41,973 nucleotides of DNA, from positions 1 to 41,973 of the forward strand of contig JBDLWH010000274.1 in the NCBI GenBank assembly GCA_039804325.1, in the 5' to 3' direction. The position numbers and the translations under genes were made by a program. Numbering within the stretch: position 1 is the stretch's first letter; each line of letters begins with the position of its first letter. Below the pieces are notes generated by a model, which saw only the letters and a program-made list of their open reading frames with translations, was not told the origin of the DNA and did not search any database. This stretch comes from Verrucomicrobiota bacterium. Its GTDB lineage: Bacteria; Verrucomicrobiota; Verrucomicrobiia; Verrucomicrobiales; Akkermansiaceae. This document shows positions 1 to 9,915 of the stretch, piece after piece.

Positions 1-108
1 ATTCTTCTGATCTTTTGGAACTAAAATGACAGGTTTGCGCGTCCCGGCCCTTGCCGGGCCCAAATGTGGGTTCTCTGAGCGACGCGTGACGGGACCGACA
101 TCGATCAA

Positions 109-1464
109 TCAGGGCAAGCGCGCTTTCCATCGCGCGATCTCGGCTTTCACGTTGGCAATCGAGGGCGACCCCGGATTGGTGCGGGCCGCGAGAGCGCGCT
201 CCACTGAGAAAACTTCCTTGGCATCCGCACGAAAAGCCGGATCGATGGCCCCAAAATCAAGGCGGTCAAGCGGCGTGCCGGATCGGATGGACTCGGCCAC
301 GGCCTTACCCACCAACTCGTGCGCCTGTCGAAACGCCACCCCCTGCTTCACCAAATCATCCGCCAAATCCGTCGCCAATAACATCGGATCGCCCGCAGCC
401 TCACCACAAACGTCCTCCCGCATCTCCAGCGCCCCTACCATCTCGGCGTTCACTGCCAATACCCGCCCCAACGTGTCCACCGAGTCAAATAACGGCGGCT
501 TGTCCTCCTGTAGATCACGATTGTATGTCAACGGCAACCCTTTGAGCGCCACCAACAAGTTCATCAAATTACCTACCAACCGACCGGTTTTGCCGCGCGT
601 GAGTTCGCAGACGTCGGGATTTTTTTTCTGAGGCATGAGAGACGAGCCGGTGGTGTGGGCGTCGGAGAGGGATGCGAAGGCGAACTCGGCGGTGCACCAG
701 AGGATGAGATCCTCGCTGAGGCGTGAGAGGTGGATGCCGCACAGGGCGATGACAAAGAGGAGCTCGGCGATATGATCGCGGTCAGCGATGGCGTCCATCG
801 AGTTGTGGGTAACGTCGTCGAAGCCGAGTTCAGCGGCGATGGCGTGGCGATCGAGGTTGATGGTGGAGCCGGCAAGGGCACCCGAGCCTAAGGGAGAACG
901 ATTGAGCCGTTTGCGGCAATCGGCGAGGCGCGACTTATCGCGTTCGAGCATTTCGACGTAGGCGAGGAAATGGTGGCCAGCGGTCACGGGTTGGCCGCGT
1001 TGGAGGTGGGTGTATCCCGGAATCACGGTGGCGGCATACTTATCGGCGCGATTAAGCAAGGCCGCTTGCAACCCCGTCATGGCACTCATCAATCCGTCGA
1101 TTTCCGTGCGGCAATAGAGGCGCGTGTCGGTGGCCACTTGATCGTTGCGCGAACGGGCGGTGTGCAGTTTTGCCCCGGCTGGGCCGATACGCCGGGTCAA
1201 TTCGGCTTCGATGTTCATGTGAATGTCCTCGAGCGAGGATTTGAACTCGAAAGTGCCCGAGACGATGTCCGCCTCGATGGCGCGCAAGCCGGCTTCGATG
1301 GCAGAAAACTCGTCTTCGGTGAGAAAGTTGGCCATGAGTTGGGCGCGGGCATGGGCGATGGAGCCGGCGATGTCGTGCGGAAACAACCGCCAATCATACG
1401 AAATGGATTCGCCGAACTCTTGGACGAGTGACGATGTGTCTTGGGAGAAGCGGCCTTTCCACAT
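109..1464 (-). CDS. argH: Argininosuccinate lyase
   Basis: Motifs MWKGRF, EDIHMNIE, KLHTARSRNDQVATD, PGYTHLQ, TGSSLMPQKKNPD, YNRDLQEDK. Start trimmed to ATG at 1464. Confidence 0.97.
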   Translation of the reverse strand: MWKGRFSQDTSSLVQEFGESISYDWRLFPHDIAGSIAHARAQLMANFLTEDEFSAIEAGLRAIEADIVSGTFEFKSSLEDIHMNIEAELTRRIGPAGAKLHTARSRNDQVATDTRLYCRTEIDGLMSAMTGLQAALLNRADKYAATVIPGYTHLQRGQPVTAGHHFLAYVEMLERDKSRLADCRKRLNRSPLGSGALAGSTINLDRHAIAAELGFDDVTHNSMDAIADRDHIAELLFVIALCGIHLSRLSEDLILWCTAEFAFASLSDAHTTGSSLMPQKKNPDVCELTRGKTGRLVGNLMNLLVALKGLPLTYNRDLQEDKPPLFDSVDTLGRVLAVNAEMVGALEMREDVCGEAAGDPMLLATDLADDLVKQGVAFRQAHELVGKAVAESIRSGTPLDRLDFGAIDPAFRADAKEVFSVERALAARTNPGSPSIANVKAEIARWKARLP

Positions 1465-1723
1465 GGGGATCTTGAGGGTGGGAGCCACCCCTTCATGGGG
1501 CGGCGCGGACAGTTGAACCCGGACTCGCCCACATGAAAACAGGAAAATGGAGCAGGCGCTTATCCGGCTCGGCATCCTCCCCGATGCGATCTATCACCAT
1601 ACGAACCAGAACGCCTCACCGCGCATGAAACTCACGCCATCGGCGACGCTTGTCACGCAACCCCACCGGCTTGTCCCGGCTCCCTGTCAATCATCCCAAC
1701 GTGTGCCGCATCACCCCGATGTA

Positions 1724-3289
1724 TCAACGACCACGATGGTCCCAATCCGCCCAAAATCGCGCGGTCTGCCCTAAATCAGGGAGAACCTCTAACAACGTCG
1801 GCTTGCCGCCCGGCTCGAACGCATCGAAATCATCCGCGCTGCGGATCTGATGGTGCGTCATGCCCCAGAGCGCGGCAAACCCTGATAGATCAGCCGCATG
1901 AGGGTTGGTCATGCACTCGACCGCTCGCGAACTCAGCGCATTCTGACGCGGAAGCCTCTCAAAAATTTTGCCCCCGCCATTGTTGATGACCACTAACACG
2001 CGACCGTCGCCTGCAATTTGCTCTAACATGAATGGAGCCGCCAAATCATAGAGCGCGGTGAGATCGCCGACAATAGCCCAGGTTTCGCTCACATCCGCAG
2101 TCCAACCAAGCCAAGTGCTGATCTGACCATCGATGCCGTTAGCCCCACGGTTGGCTCTCACAACCGACACGGGTCGCTCCCACTGGGCAAAGAGATTCCA
2201 TTCCCTAATCGGCTGGCTGTTTCCTAGAAAAACCCCGCCGCCTAACGACGCATAATGAGACAAAACTCGCATCAACGCTGGCTCGCTGTCAGGATAACAC
2301 TCTAACATTTCGTCGGTCCGCGTGTGCTCGCGCCCGCTGCCCACCATCAGATCTAACGCGTCGTCGGCCGCTTCTATCCCACCCAAGGCTGGAAGAACCC
2401 GGTCTAACGAACCACGCGTCACCTGACACTCCCGCGCCATGCCCGGCAGGCCGTTGCGGCAAATAGACCACACCGAAACCTCTGGCATTTCTTCGAGATC
2501 CCTCCAAAACCGCCCACTCGGCACCTCGCCCAAACGAAGGATTTTCCCTGGCGGATGGGCTTTGAGCACGCGATCCGCGTCATGAATGGTCAGGGCACGC
2601 AGCGCCTCACGCAGGCCGCTAGTGGCCTCCGCGACTACCGGAGCACCCAGATCCCGACAAAAATGGTAAACCTCCTGCTGCTCGTCGGGTTCAAGCCCGC
2701 CTATCAGAACGACAATCCCCTGATAGAGATCCTCTCGCAACCAGCGGGCGAGCGCGGCAACGTCTAACCTGTCCTTCGCCGGGGCAAAGACGCCACCATT
2801 TTCCTGTGAGAAATCCTCGGTGCCCAGCTCGAAGGATTCGGGAAATTCGATATTGAGATGGATGGGCCCTCGGCCGCTCCAACCTAACAAATCTCCCTCA
2901 CTGGCGTAACATCCGAACAACCCCGGCTGTTCGATGGCCTGTGGTGCCCCTGTCCCCCGGTAAGATGCTGGGCGATCCGCTGTGATCGCCACTAAGGGCC
3001 TCGCCTGATAGTGCGATTCTATCACCGCAGGTAACAACTCGGCGGCGGCCGTCCCGCTGGTGGTCACGACGGCACACGGGCGGCCGGTTTCCATCATGCG
3101 CCCCAATGCGAAAAACCCCGCGCTGCGTTCTTCAAAGTGCCGCCAGATGCGCACGTGGCCCGCGCCTTCCGCCCGCGCCAACGCTTCTATCAATGCCGCA
3201 TTGCGCGCACCCGCACAAATGACAAATTCGCACACCCCCGCCCGCAGGCATCGGTTGACCAGTTCAATGGCTTGATACCACGCGTTCAC
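1724..3289 (-). CDS. menD: 2-succinyl-5-enolpyruvyl-6-hydroxy-3-cyclohexene-1-carboxylate synthase (MenD)
   Basis: Motifs CAGARNAAL, HFEERSAGFFALG, TTSGTAAAELLPAVIES, TADRP, NRGANGIDGQIST, GDLTALYD, INNGGGKIF. Start placed at GTG 3289 because the longer ORF runs antisense through the tRNA. Confidence 0.92.
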   Translation of the reverse strand: MNAWYQAIELVNRCLRAGVCEFVICAGARNAALIEALARAEGAGHVRIWRHFEERSAGFFALGRMMETGRPCAVVTTSGTAAAELLPAVIESHYQARPLVAITADRPASYRGTGAPQAIEQPGLFGCYASEGDLLGWSGRGPIHLNIEFPESFELGTEDFSQENGGVFAPAKDRLDVAALARWLREDLYQGIVVLIGGLEPDEQQEVYHFCRDLGAPVVAEATSGLREALRALTIHDADRVLKAHPPGKILRLGEVPSGRFWRDLEEMPEVSVWSICRNGLPGMARECQVTRGSLDRVLPALGGIEAADDALDLMVGSGREHTRTDEMLECYPDSEPALMRVLSHYASLGGGVFLGNSQPIREWNLFAQWERPVSVVRANRGANGIDGQISTWLGWTADVSETWAIVGDLTALYDLAAPFMLEQIAGDGRVLVVINNGGGKIFERLPRQNALSSRAVECMTNPHAADLSGFAALWGMTHHQIRSADDFDAFEPGGKPTLLEVLPDLGQTARFWADWDHRGR

Positions 3290-3412
3290 GGCTTCGATGC
3301 TAGAGGGAGTGGTTGCAATGTCCACATTTCGTTTCTTGATTGTTTTTCCGAGTTGCCAAATGGCTCGATGTGAGTTTACCTTCCGCCCGCCGCACGGCGA
3401 AAGACACCCAAA

Positions 3413-3483
3413 AGCCTCATAGTGTAATGGTAACACCCCGGATTTTGATTCCGTTATTCTAGGTTCGAGCCCTAGTGAGGCTA
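3413..3483 (+). tRNA. tRNA-Gln(TTG), CCA not encoded
   Basis: Cloverleaf: acceptor AGCCTCA/TGAGGCT, D arm GTGT-AATGGTA-ACAC, anticodon arm CCGGA-TTTTGAT-TCCGT, T arm CTAGG-TTCGAGC-CCTAG, discriminator A. Confidence 0.95.
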
Positions 3484-3599
3484 TTTTGATATCACCCGCG
3501 ATGCGCCAGCAGATGCCCAACGACCATTGAGCAGCATCCCGCCTGGTGAGTCGCCCACCTCTCTCAACCCCTCCCCGCTCACCCGAAGCACCCCCAGTC

Positions 3600-4868
3600 A
3601 TGGCCGCCAGAAACGTCGATTCCATCGCCCAGTCGTATCAATCCGCCAATGCCCGCTACGCCGAAATGGGCGTGGACTGCCAAGCCGCCATGGCCGCCCT
3701 GGCCCGCATCCCCATTTCCCTCCATTGTTGGCAGGGCGATGACGTCGGGGGCTTCGAAAACACCGGCGAAGGACTCAGCGGTGGCATCGCCGTGACCGGT
3801 AACTATCCCGGCAAGGCCCGCACCCCAGACGAACTCCGCGCCGACCTCGATCAGGCACTCGCCCTCATTCCCGGCAAACATCGCCTCAACCTGCACGCGT
3901 TCTATGGCGAGTTCGACGGCAAAAAAATCGACCGCAACGAGATCCGCCCCGAACACTTCTCCACTTGGATTGATTGGGCAAAATCTAACGGCATGGGCAT
4001 GGATTTCAATCCGACGTGCTTTGCCCACCCGAAAGCGGCCGACGGATTTACTCTAGCCCACCCGAAAAAGGCCATCCGCGATTTCTGGATCGAGCATTGC
4101 ATCGCATCGCGTGAAATCGGTGCCGTCATGGGCAAAGCGCTCGGTTCACCCACCGTCACCAATGTCTGGATCCCCGATGGGTTCAAGGACACCCCTGTGG
4201 ACCGCCTCTCTCCACGTCAGCGTCTTGCCGATTCCCTCGACCGAGTGTTCGCCAAAAAACTCAACCCCAAGCACCATCTCGACGCCGTGGAAAGCAAGTT
4301 GTTCGGCATCGGCAGCGAAAGTTATGTCGTCGGATCCCACGAGTTCTATCTCGGCTACGCGATCAAAAACCAAAAACTGCTTTGCCTCGACGCCGGTCAT
4401 TTCCATCCCACGGAAGGCATTGCCGACAAACTCAGCTCGGCGCTGATGTTCGTGCCCGAAATCCTCCTCCATGTCAGCCGCGGCGTCCGCTGGGACAGCG
4501 ACCATGTCGTCATCCTCGACGACGCTCTCCAAGCCATTGCCCAAGAATTAGTGCGTAACAAATTGTTAGCCCGCACCCACATCGGCCTCGATTTCTTCGA
4601 TGCCAGCATCAACCGCATCGCCGCTTGGACCATTGGCACGCGCAACACGCTCAAGGCGCTCCTCATCGCCCTGCTAGAACCACCCGCCCTGCGCGCTGCC
4701 GAAAAATCCGGCGACTACACATCACGACTCGCACTCATGGAAGAGGCCAAGAGCCTCCCGTGGGGAGCCGTCTGGGACGCCTACTGCGAATCTCAAAACG
4801 TGCCGCCCGGCAGCGCATGGCTCGCCGAGGTCAAAACCTACGAAAACGAGGTGCTCGCGAAACGCTGA
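3600..4868 (+). CDS. rhaA: L-rhamnose isomerase
   Basis: Motifs [88 protein letters not shown]. Start at ATG 3600. Confidence 0.97.
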   Translation: MAARNVDSIAQSYQSANARYAEMGVDCQAAMAALARIPISLHCWQGDDVGGFENTGEGLSGGIAVTGNYPGKARTPDELRADLDQALALIPGKHRLNLHAFYGEFDGKKIDRNEIRPEHFSTWIDWAKSNGMGMDFNPTCFAHPKAADGFTLAHPKKAIRDFWIEHCIASREIGAVMGKALGSPTVTNVWIPDGFKDTPVDRLSPRQRLADSLDRVFAKKLNPKHHLDAVESKLFGIGSESYVVGSHEFYLGYAIKNQKLLCLDAGHFHPTEGIADKLSSALMFVPEILLHVSRGVRWDSDHVVILDDALQAIAQELVRNKLLARTHIGLDFFDASINRIAAWTIGTRNTLKALLIALLEPPALRAAEKSGDYTSRLALMEEAKSLPWGAVWDAYCESQNVPPGSAWLAEVKTYENEVLAKR

Positions 4869-4883
4869 GATTGCGCGCTAAAC

Positions 4884-4947
4884 TGCCGCGCATGACCATT
4901 TGTGGAAATCCCCTGAGCGTTTCCACAAACCATGAGGGGCGGCAGTA
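4884..4947. repeat. ~65-bp palindromic dispersed repeat (REP/MITE-like), copy 1
   Basis: Inner inverted repeat TTTGTGGAAA/TTTCCACAAA, outer TGCCGC/GCGGCA. Closely matches 8373-8437. Flanked by TAAAC on both sides. Confidence 0.8.
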
Positions 4948-5086
4948 TAAACGCTGAGATTGCGAGTCAAACGCTTAGACCGCTAGAACCTACGAGCCTC
5001 ACGCCGCACACATCCGTGTCCGGCATGCACCCTGCGATCACGCAGCGCCACGCACCCGCTCAGACCGAAACCTCATCATTTCGGAT

Positions 5087-5116
5087 CGCTGCCATGCTGG
5101 CCGTGGCATGGCAGCG
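5087..5116. terminator. GC-rich hairpin downstream of the sugar isomerase gene (possible terminator or mRNA stabiliser)
   Basis: Perfect 11-bp stem CGCTGCCATGC/GCATGGCAGCG between convergent genes; no clear U-tract. Confidence 0.4.
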
Positions 5117-5146
5117 GGTTCAACCGCCGCCACACCCGGAGCCACC

Positions 5147-6190
5147 TCACTGGTTCGACTTATCGAACGCCGCATCAAAGGCAACCGCACTGCCCGGGAA
5201 ATCCAAGCTGCGCACAAACGATGCGGCCTCGGCCCCGCCGTGAACGCGGTCCATACGGATATCCTCCCACTCGACGGAGAGCGGCCCACCATAACCAACG
5301 TCATTGAGTGCGACAATGATGTCCTCAAACTCAATGTCTCCACGACCCGGCGAACGGAAATCCCAAAATCTCCGCGCATCACCAAAGTCCGTGTGCCCGC
5401 CGAAAACTCCCACCGAGCCATCACCATGGCTCCACCACACGTCCTTCATGTGAACGTGGAAAATACGATTGGCGAAGTCCCGAATGAATTTCACATAGTC
5501 CACTCCCTGATAGCCAAGGTGCGACGGGTCATAGTTAAATCCGAAACGTTTGTGATGACCAACAGCTGCTAGAGCACGCTGCGCCGATGCGATATCAAAC
5601 GCGATTTCGGTGGGATGGACTTCCAAGGCGAAGTTCACATCAACCTTGTCGAACGCATCCAAAATCGGCAGCCAACGCTTGGCAAAATCTTTAAACCCTT
5701 GCTCATAATACTCCTGCGACGTCGGCGGAAAGGCATAGATCGAATGCCAAATCGATGACCCCGTGAAACCGTTGACCACCGCAGGAAACTCATCCTTGCC
5801 GTTGCGGTCTGGCTTGCTGTTGAAAAATGATCGCGCAGCCTTGCCCGTGAGAATCATCTTCTTCGCCGCGCGCTTGCGAACACCTTCCGGATCTCCATCT
5901 CCCCAAACATCCGGTGGCAGAATCGCCTTATGCCGCGTGTCTATCAAATCGCATACCGCTTGCCCCACCAAATGACTCGAAATCGCATAACAGGTAAGCC
6001 CATGATCACCTAACAACTCCCACTTGTCTTTGACATAGGACTTGCTAGACGCAGCAGCGTCCACATCGAAATGATCCCCCCAACAGGCGAGTTCCAGTCC
6101 GTCGTAGCCCATTTCATAGGCGAGCGGCGCGAGTTTTTCGAGCGGAAGATCGGCCCATTGGCCGGTGAAAAGTGTGACAGGTCGTGACAT
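5147..6190 (-). CDS. Sugar phosphate isomerase/epimerase, xylose-isomerase-like TIM barrel (AP endonuclease 2 superfamily)
   Basis: Motifs [60 protein letters not shown]. Start trimmed to ATG 6190. Confidence 0.88.
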   Translation of the reverse strand: MSRPVTLFTGQWADLPLEKLAPLAYEMGYDGLELACWGDHFDVDAAASSKSYVKDKWELLGDHGLTCYAISSHLVGQAVCDLIDTRHKAILPPDVWGDGDPEGVRKRAAKKMILTGKAARSFFNSKPDRNGKDEFPAVVNGFTGSSIWHSIYAFPPTSQEYYEQGFKDFAKRWLPILDAFDKVDVNFALEVHPTEIAFDIASAQRALAAVGHHKRFGFNYDPSHLGYQGVDYVKFIRDFANRIFHVHMKDVWWSHGDGSVGVFGGHTDFGDARRFWDFRSPGRGDIEFEDIIVALNDVGYGGPLSVEWEDIRMDRVHGGAEAASFVRSLDFPGSAVAFDAAFDKSNQ

Positions 6191-6270
6191 AATGGTTAGG
6201 ATTGGGGTTGGTGAGTGTGAAAATGCGCAAATCTCCATGCCCCAGCAACACAAAAAAGCTCCCCCACCCA

Positions 6271-7101
6271 TCAGTTCTTGCGCCGCGTGACTTCCTGCCA
6301 GGCATCACTCAAAATTCGCGTGACCGGTCCTGAAGGAAAAACCTGCTCCTCAAAGCGATCCACGCCCATCAGACCACGGATCGATGAGGTGAGAAACAAC
6401 TCCTCTGATTCTTGCAGATCCTCTAACGACAACGCCGCTTCCTGACAGGCCACACCGAGTTGCCCCGCAAGTTCTATCACCACTGAGCGCGTGATGCCGG
6501 GCAAACATCCCGACGCGAGCGACGGCGTCCACAACCCACCATTTTTCACCAAAAACACATTGGCCGTGGCCGCCTCACAGAGCTGGCCCGCGGTATTGAG
6601 AAACAACGTTTCCTCAAATCCCAATCGCGCCGCATGATGCAATGCCACCAGATTTTCCGCATACGATGCGCACTTCAACCCCGCTAACGGCGAGCGCTCA
6701 TTCCTCACCCATGGCGCCAAATGCATGCTCGTGGTCATCGGCGGCTCCGCCGATGCCACCGCCGTCATCCACACCACATGGTCCAATCCTAGCGCCAAAT
6801 CGTTGGCTGACCCACTCCCCCCAGTCATGGCTAAACGAATCCGTGCCCGCCCGCGCGTCAGCCCGTTGCGCTCAATCAATTCTTCCATGACGGCTCGCAA
6901 ATCCTCATGCTCCATCTGCCACCCGAGCCGCTCGCATCCTCCTGCCAACCGCGCCAAGTGACGCTCCGCAAAAATTGCCACCCCATCTAACACCAGGATG
7001 GTTTCAAACAACCCCAATGCCCACATCACTCCACGATCCATCGGCGAAACCGGCAAGTCACGCGTCTCTAACCATTGACCATTACACCAAAGTTGCGTCA
7101 T
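6271..7101 (-). CDS. PLP-dependent class IV aminotransferase family protein (aminodeoxychorismate lyase / branched-chain aminotransferase-like)
   Basis: Motifs [43 protein letters not shown]. Confidence 0.88.
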   Translation of the reverse strand: MTQLWCNGQWLETRDLPVSPMDRGVMWALGLFETILVLDGVAIFAERHLARLAGGCERLGWQMEHEDLRAVMEELIERNGLTRGRARIRLAMTGGSGSANDLALGLDHVVWMTAVASAEPPMTTSMHLAPWVRNERSPLAGLKCASYAENLVALHHAARLGFEETLFLNTAGQLCEAATANVFLVKNGGLWTPSLASGCLPGITRSVVIELAGQLGVACQEAALSLEDLQESEELFLTSSIRGLMGVDRFEEQVFPSGPVTRILSDAWQEVTRRKN

Positions 7102-7257
7102 GCGTCCACAGTGTCGCCGTATCCCTCAACTTGTAAATCCCTCAAACCCGATCAAATCGCATCTCCCGGCCGCTTCACGTCTCCCAGCCGCTTCGCGTCT
7201 CATGGTTTTGAAATCATGAGTCTTGACATGCTCTTACCGATCCGCAATCCCTCGTCC

Positions 7258-7587
7258 GTGGCCAAGAAACTTACAACCATCAAAGATAGGCTCTCCAAGA
7301 CCCAAATCCTGGAGCAGATCGCAGAAAGCACCGCACTCACACGCAAGCAAGTCGCAGGAGTTTTGGATAGCCTCGCCGACGTCATCGAAGCTCACATTAA
7401 CAAACGCTCGGTCGGCGAATTCGTCCTTCCCGGATTGTTGAAAATCAGCACGCTACGCAAACCGGCCGTCAAAGCACGCAAGGGCATCAATCCCTTCACC
7501 AAGGAAGAAGTGATGTTCAAAGCCAAACCCGCGACCACCGTCGTCAAGGTGCGCCCGTTGAAAAAACTCAAGGACATGGCGATCTAA
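7258..7587 (+). CDS. HU family DNA-binding protein
   Basis: LSKTQILEQIAE, FVLPGLLKI, ARKGINPFTKEE..FKAKPA..VKVRPLKKLKD. Start at GTG 7258 is inferred. Confidence 0.92.
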   Translation: MAKKLTTIKDRLSKTQILEQIAESTALTRKQVAGVLDSLADVIEAHINKRSVGEFVLPGLLKISTLRKPAVKARKGINPFTKEEVMFKAKPATTVVKVRPLKKLKDMAI

Positions 7588-7635
7588 CGACCGCCGATCA
7601 TGGCAATTTTCGTCACCATCACCGTGACGGTTTTC

Positions 7636-7665
7636 ACGGCCTTTTCGGTTCTCCGGAAAGGCCGT
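7636..7665 (+). terminator. Stem-loop after the HU gene
   Basis: 13-bp stem ACGGCCTTTTCGG/CCGGAAAGGCCGT (one G-U) with a TTCT loop; weak U-tract. Confidence 0.5.
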
Positions 7666-7722
7666 CGGCTTGCCATCCTCACGCCTCTCATCACACAACC
7701 CACCGGCTTCTTTTTCCTGCTC

Positions 7723-8364
7723 ATGATGACTCTTCGCAACCTCGCCCGGTGCCTAGCCGCCGCAGCCTCCCTCGTCCTAGCAAATTGCGCCCACCACAAC
7801 GCGCACCCCCAAATCGGCAGCGACGGCAAAGCCATCAACCCCTTCCCGGTCGGCTCTTATGATCATTTCAAAGCACTGCCCATCTACCCGAAAACTCACA
7901 ATACCTGGAAAAACGACGACCTGCTCTCACGCACCACCCAGCAAAACTCGCATATCCGCATCGATCTAGCGACCCAACGCGGCATGCTCATGAACGGCGA
8001 CGACGTCGCCATGGACTACCCTATCTGCTCTGGAATCCAAAGCCGACCCACCCCCACCGGCACCTTCTACATCCTCGAAAAAGTTATCGAAAAACGGTCT
8101 AACCGATACGGGAAGTATTACGACGCCACAGGCGAAATCGTCAATGGCAATGCCGACGCCATCCTCGACCCACTCCCCGAGGGCGGCCGCTTCGAGGGTG
8201 CCGAAATGCACTATTGGATGCGCCTCACCCAGGACGGCGTCGGCCACCACATCGGTCCCGTCCGCCGCTATCCGGCGTCTCACGCCTGCGTTCGCGGCCC
8301 CAGACAGATCATCCCCTTGGTTTTCTCCAAGGTCAAAGAAGGCTCCTGCGTCATCATCGAATAA
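7723..8364 (+). CDS. L,D-transpeptidase (YkuD family), probable lipoprotein
   Basis: Signal peptide ending LVLANC; IRIDLATQR, PICSG..PTPTGTF, catalytic region HHIG..PASHACVR. Confidence 0.88.
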   Translation: MMTLRNLARCLAAAASLVLANCAHHNAHPQIGSDGKAINPFPVGSYDHFKALPIYPKTHNTWKNDDLLSRTTQQNSHIRIDLATQRGMLMNGDDVAMDYPICSGIQSRPTPTGTFYILEKVIEKRSNRYGKYYDATGEIVNGNADAILDPLPEGGRFEGAEMHYWMRLTQDGVGHHIGPVRRYPASHACVRGPRQIIPLVFSKVKEGSCVIIE

Positions 8365-8372
8365 TCTTATCC

Positions 8373-8437
8373 TGTCGCGCATAACAATTTGTGGAAAGGC
8401 CCTGACCGTTTTCCACAAAACATGAGGCGCGGCAGTA
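8373..8437. repeat. ~65-bp palindromic dispersed repeat (REP/MITE-like), copy 2
   Basis: Same architecture as 4884-4947; flanked by TATCC on both sides; lies between convergent genes. Confidence 0.8.
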
Positions 8438-8462
8438 TATCCTCAACGCGCCCGCCACTCAC

Positions 8463-9803
8463 TCATCGCGGCCCTTCCCCGCCATCGGCGGACTTGTCCC
8501 AAAAGGCTAGAAAAAATATCACGGCCATGCCTGCGGCCATGCCTGCAGGTATCAGCCAGAACGCCTGCCATTGACCACCCACACGCACTAACAAATCGGC
8601 GTCCACCTTTGGTAACCCCACCGAAAACATCTGGCCAAGCTGCGCGGCAAAACTCGTTGGCTCGCCCGCACTGCCTGCCGCGGTGATCGCCGTGGCCAGC
8701 TCGCCATGGCCGCTCACGCGCGACTGCATCGCCATATCGGCTATCCGATAGCCAATGAAGATGCCCACCCCTTGGGTGAAAAACACCAACATCGACTGGA
8801 CTTGACCGCGCACCGTGGTCGGCGCGGCCTTGTCCGCATAGATGAAGCCCGTCACAAAGAAAAAATCATAACAGATACCATGCAGAGCGATGGCCACAAA
8901 CATCATCCACGCCACCTGGTTTGGCGCGCCCATGGCAAAGAGCCCATAACGCACCACCCACGCCGCAATACCTAACAAAATCATGCGCTTCACCCCTAGC
9001 TTGCGGAAACAGATGGGAATGAGCAGCATGAAGATAATCTCCGACATCTGCCCGATAGCCATGGACGACGCCGGCTGCTTGAAGCCCATGTCGGTGAGAA
9101 ATATCGAAGTGGTGCTGTAATAAAACGCTAACGGAATGCATATCAACGTAGAGCTCAAAATAAAGATGAAAAATGCCGGTCGGGCTAACAACCGGAAGGC
9201 ATCCACCATGAAGAGCGAACCGAGCTTGAGCGCCTGACCCTTCGCCGGGGGCGGCGTGGAGGGTAACAAAAACGCGTAACAACCTAATAGCAACGAGCCG
9301 CCGCCCGCGAGCTTGAAAATATTCAAGCTCGTTGACCATCCAAGAAACCCGATCAAGAGACCGGACGTTATCCAGCCAATGGTCCCCCAGACCCGCAACG
9401 CAGGAAATCGACTCGGATCCGCAACGTGGGTGAAGGCAATGGAATTGCCAAGGCCAAGCGTGGGCATGAAACAAAGCATGTGAACCAAAAAGAGGCTCTT
9501 GACCATGCCCGCATCTCCCGCCGCCGCAAATCCCGGCACCGCTAACATCACCCCACCCCCAACTAACAGCAACACCCCCATCACTTTCTCCGATGGAAAA
9601 AACCGATCAGCCACCAACCCCAAAAAGAGCGGCGCGAGTATCGCCGCTATCGGCGCACTCCCATAGGCCGAGCCGATGATCGTCCCGAGCCGATTCGCAT
9701 CTAAGCATGCCCCCAAACTCACAAACCACGCCCCCCAAATGAAAAATTGCAAAAACATCATCAACGAAAGACGAAACGAAATCAGGGGACGCGACGCGGT
9801 CAT
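8463..9803 (-). CDS. MFS nucleoside:H+ symporter family permease (NupG/XapB-like)
   Basis: RLSLMMFLQFFIWGAW, GLVADRFF, RVWGTIGWI, GQMSEIIFM, LHGICYDFFFVTG; about 12 hydrophobic segments. Confidence 0.92.
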   Translation of the reverse strand: MTASRPLISFRLSLMMFLQFFIWGAWFVSLGACLDANRLGTIIGSAYGSAPIAAILAPLFLGLVADRFFPSEKVMGVLLLVGGGVMLAVPGFAAAGDAGMVKSLFLVHMLCFMPTLGLGNSIAFTHVADPSRFPALRVWGTIGWITSGLLIGFLGWSTSLNIFKLAGGGSLLLGCYAFLLPSTPPPAKGQALKLGSLFMVDAFRLLARPAFFIFILSSTLICIPLAFYYSTTSIFLTDMGFKQPASSMAIGQMSEIIFMLLIPICFRKLGVKRMILLGIAAWVVRYGLFAMGAPNQVAWMMFVAIALHGICYDFFFVTGFIYADKAAPTTVRGQVQSMLVFFTQGVGIFIGYRIADMAMQSRVSGHGELATAITAAGSAGEPTSFAAQLGQMFSVGLPKVDADLLVRVGGQWQAFWLIPAGMAAGMAVIFFLAFWDKSADGGEGPR

Positions 9804-9915
9804 GGGTGGTGTAAAGATGGAAAAACAAATTACTCAAGGTGGCAACGCCATCCCAATGAATCGCACGCCTGCTGACAAGCAGCGAATCACCCAGATCAAC
9901 ACAACGTCCCGCTCG

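Noticed and set aside
1465-1723. Riboswitch or leader upstream of argH
   Set aside because: Only a short hairpin (AGGGTGG/CCACCCCT) is visible; no recognisable aptamer consensus or Arg-rich leader peptide.
3413-3600. Integrative element or prophage at tRNA-Gln
   Set aside because: No integrase nearby and no duplicated tRNA 3' end found; a metabolic gene follows directly.
3290-3625. Long N-terminal extension of MenD
   Set aside because: It runs antisense through tRNA-Gln and into the rhaA start; MenD similarity begins near 3289.
4932-5243. 103-aa ORF downstream of rhaA
   Set aside because: It starts inside the palindromic repeat, overlaps the convergent isomerase gene and has no recognisable features.
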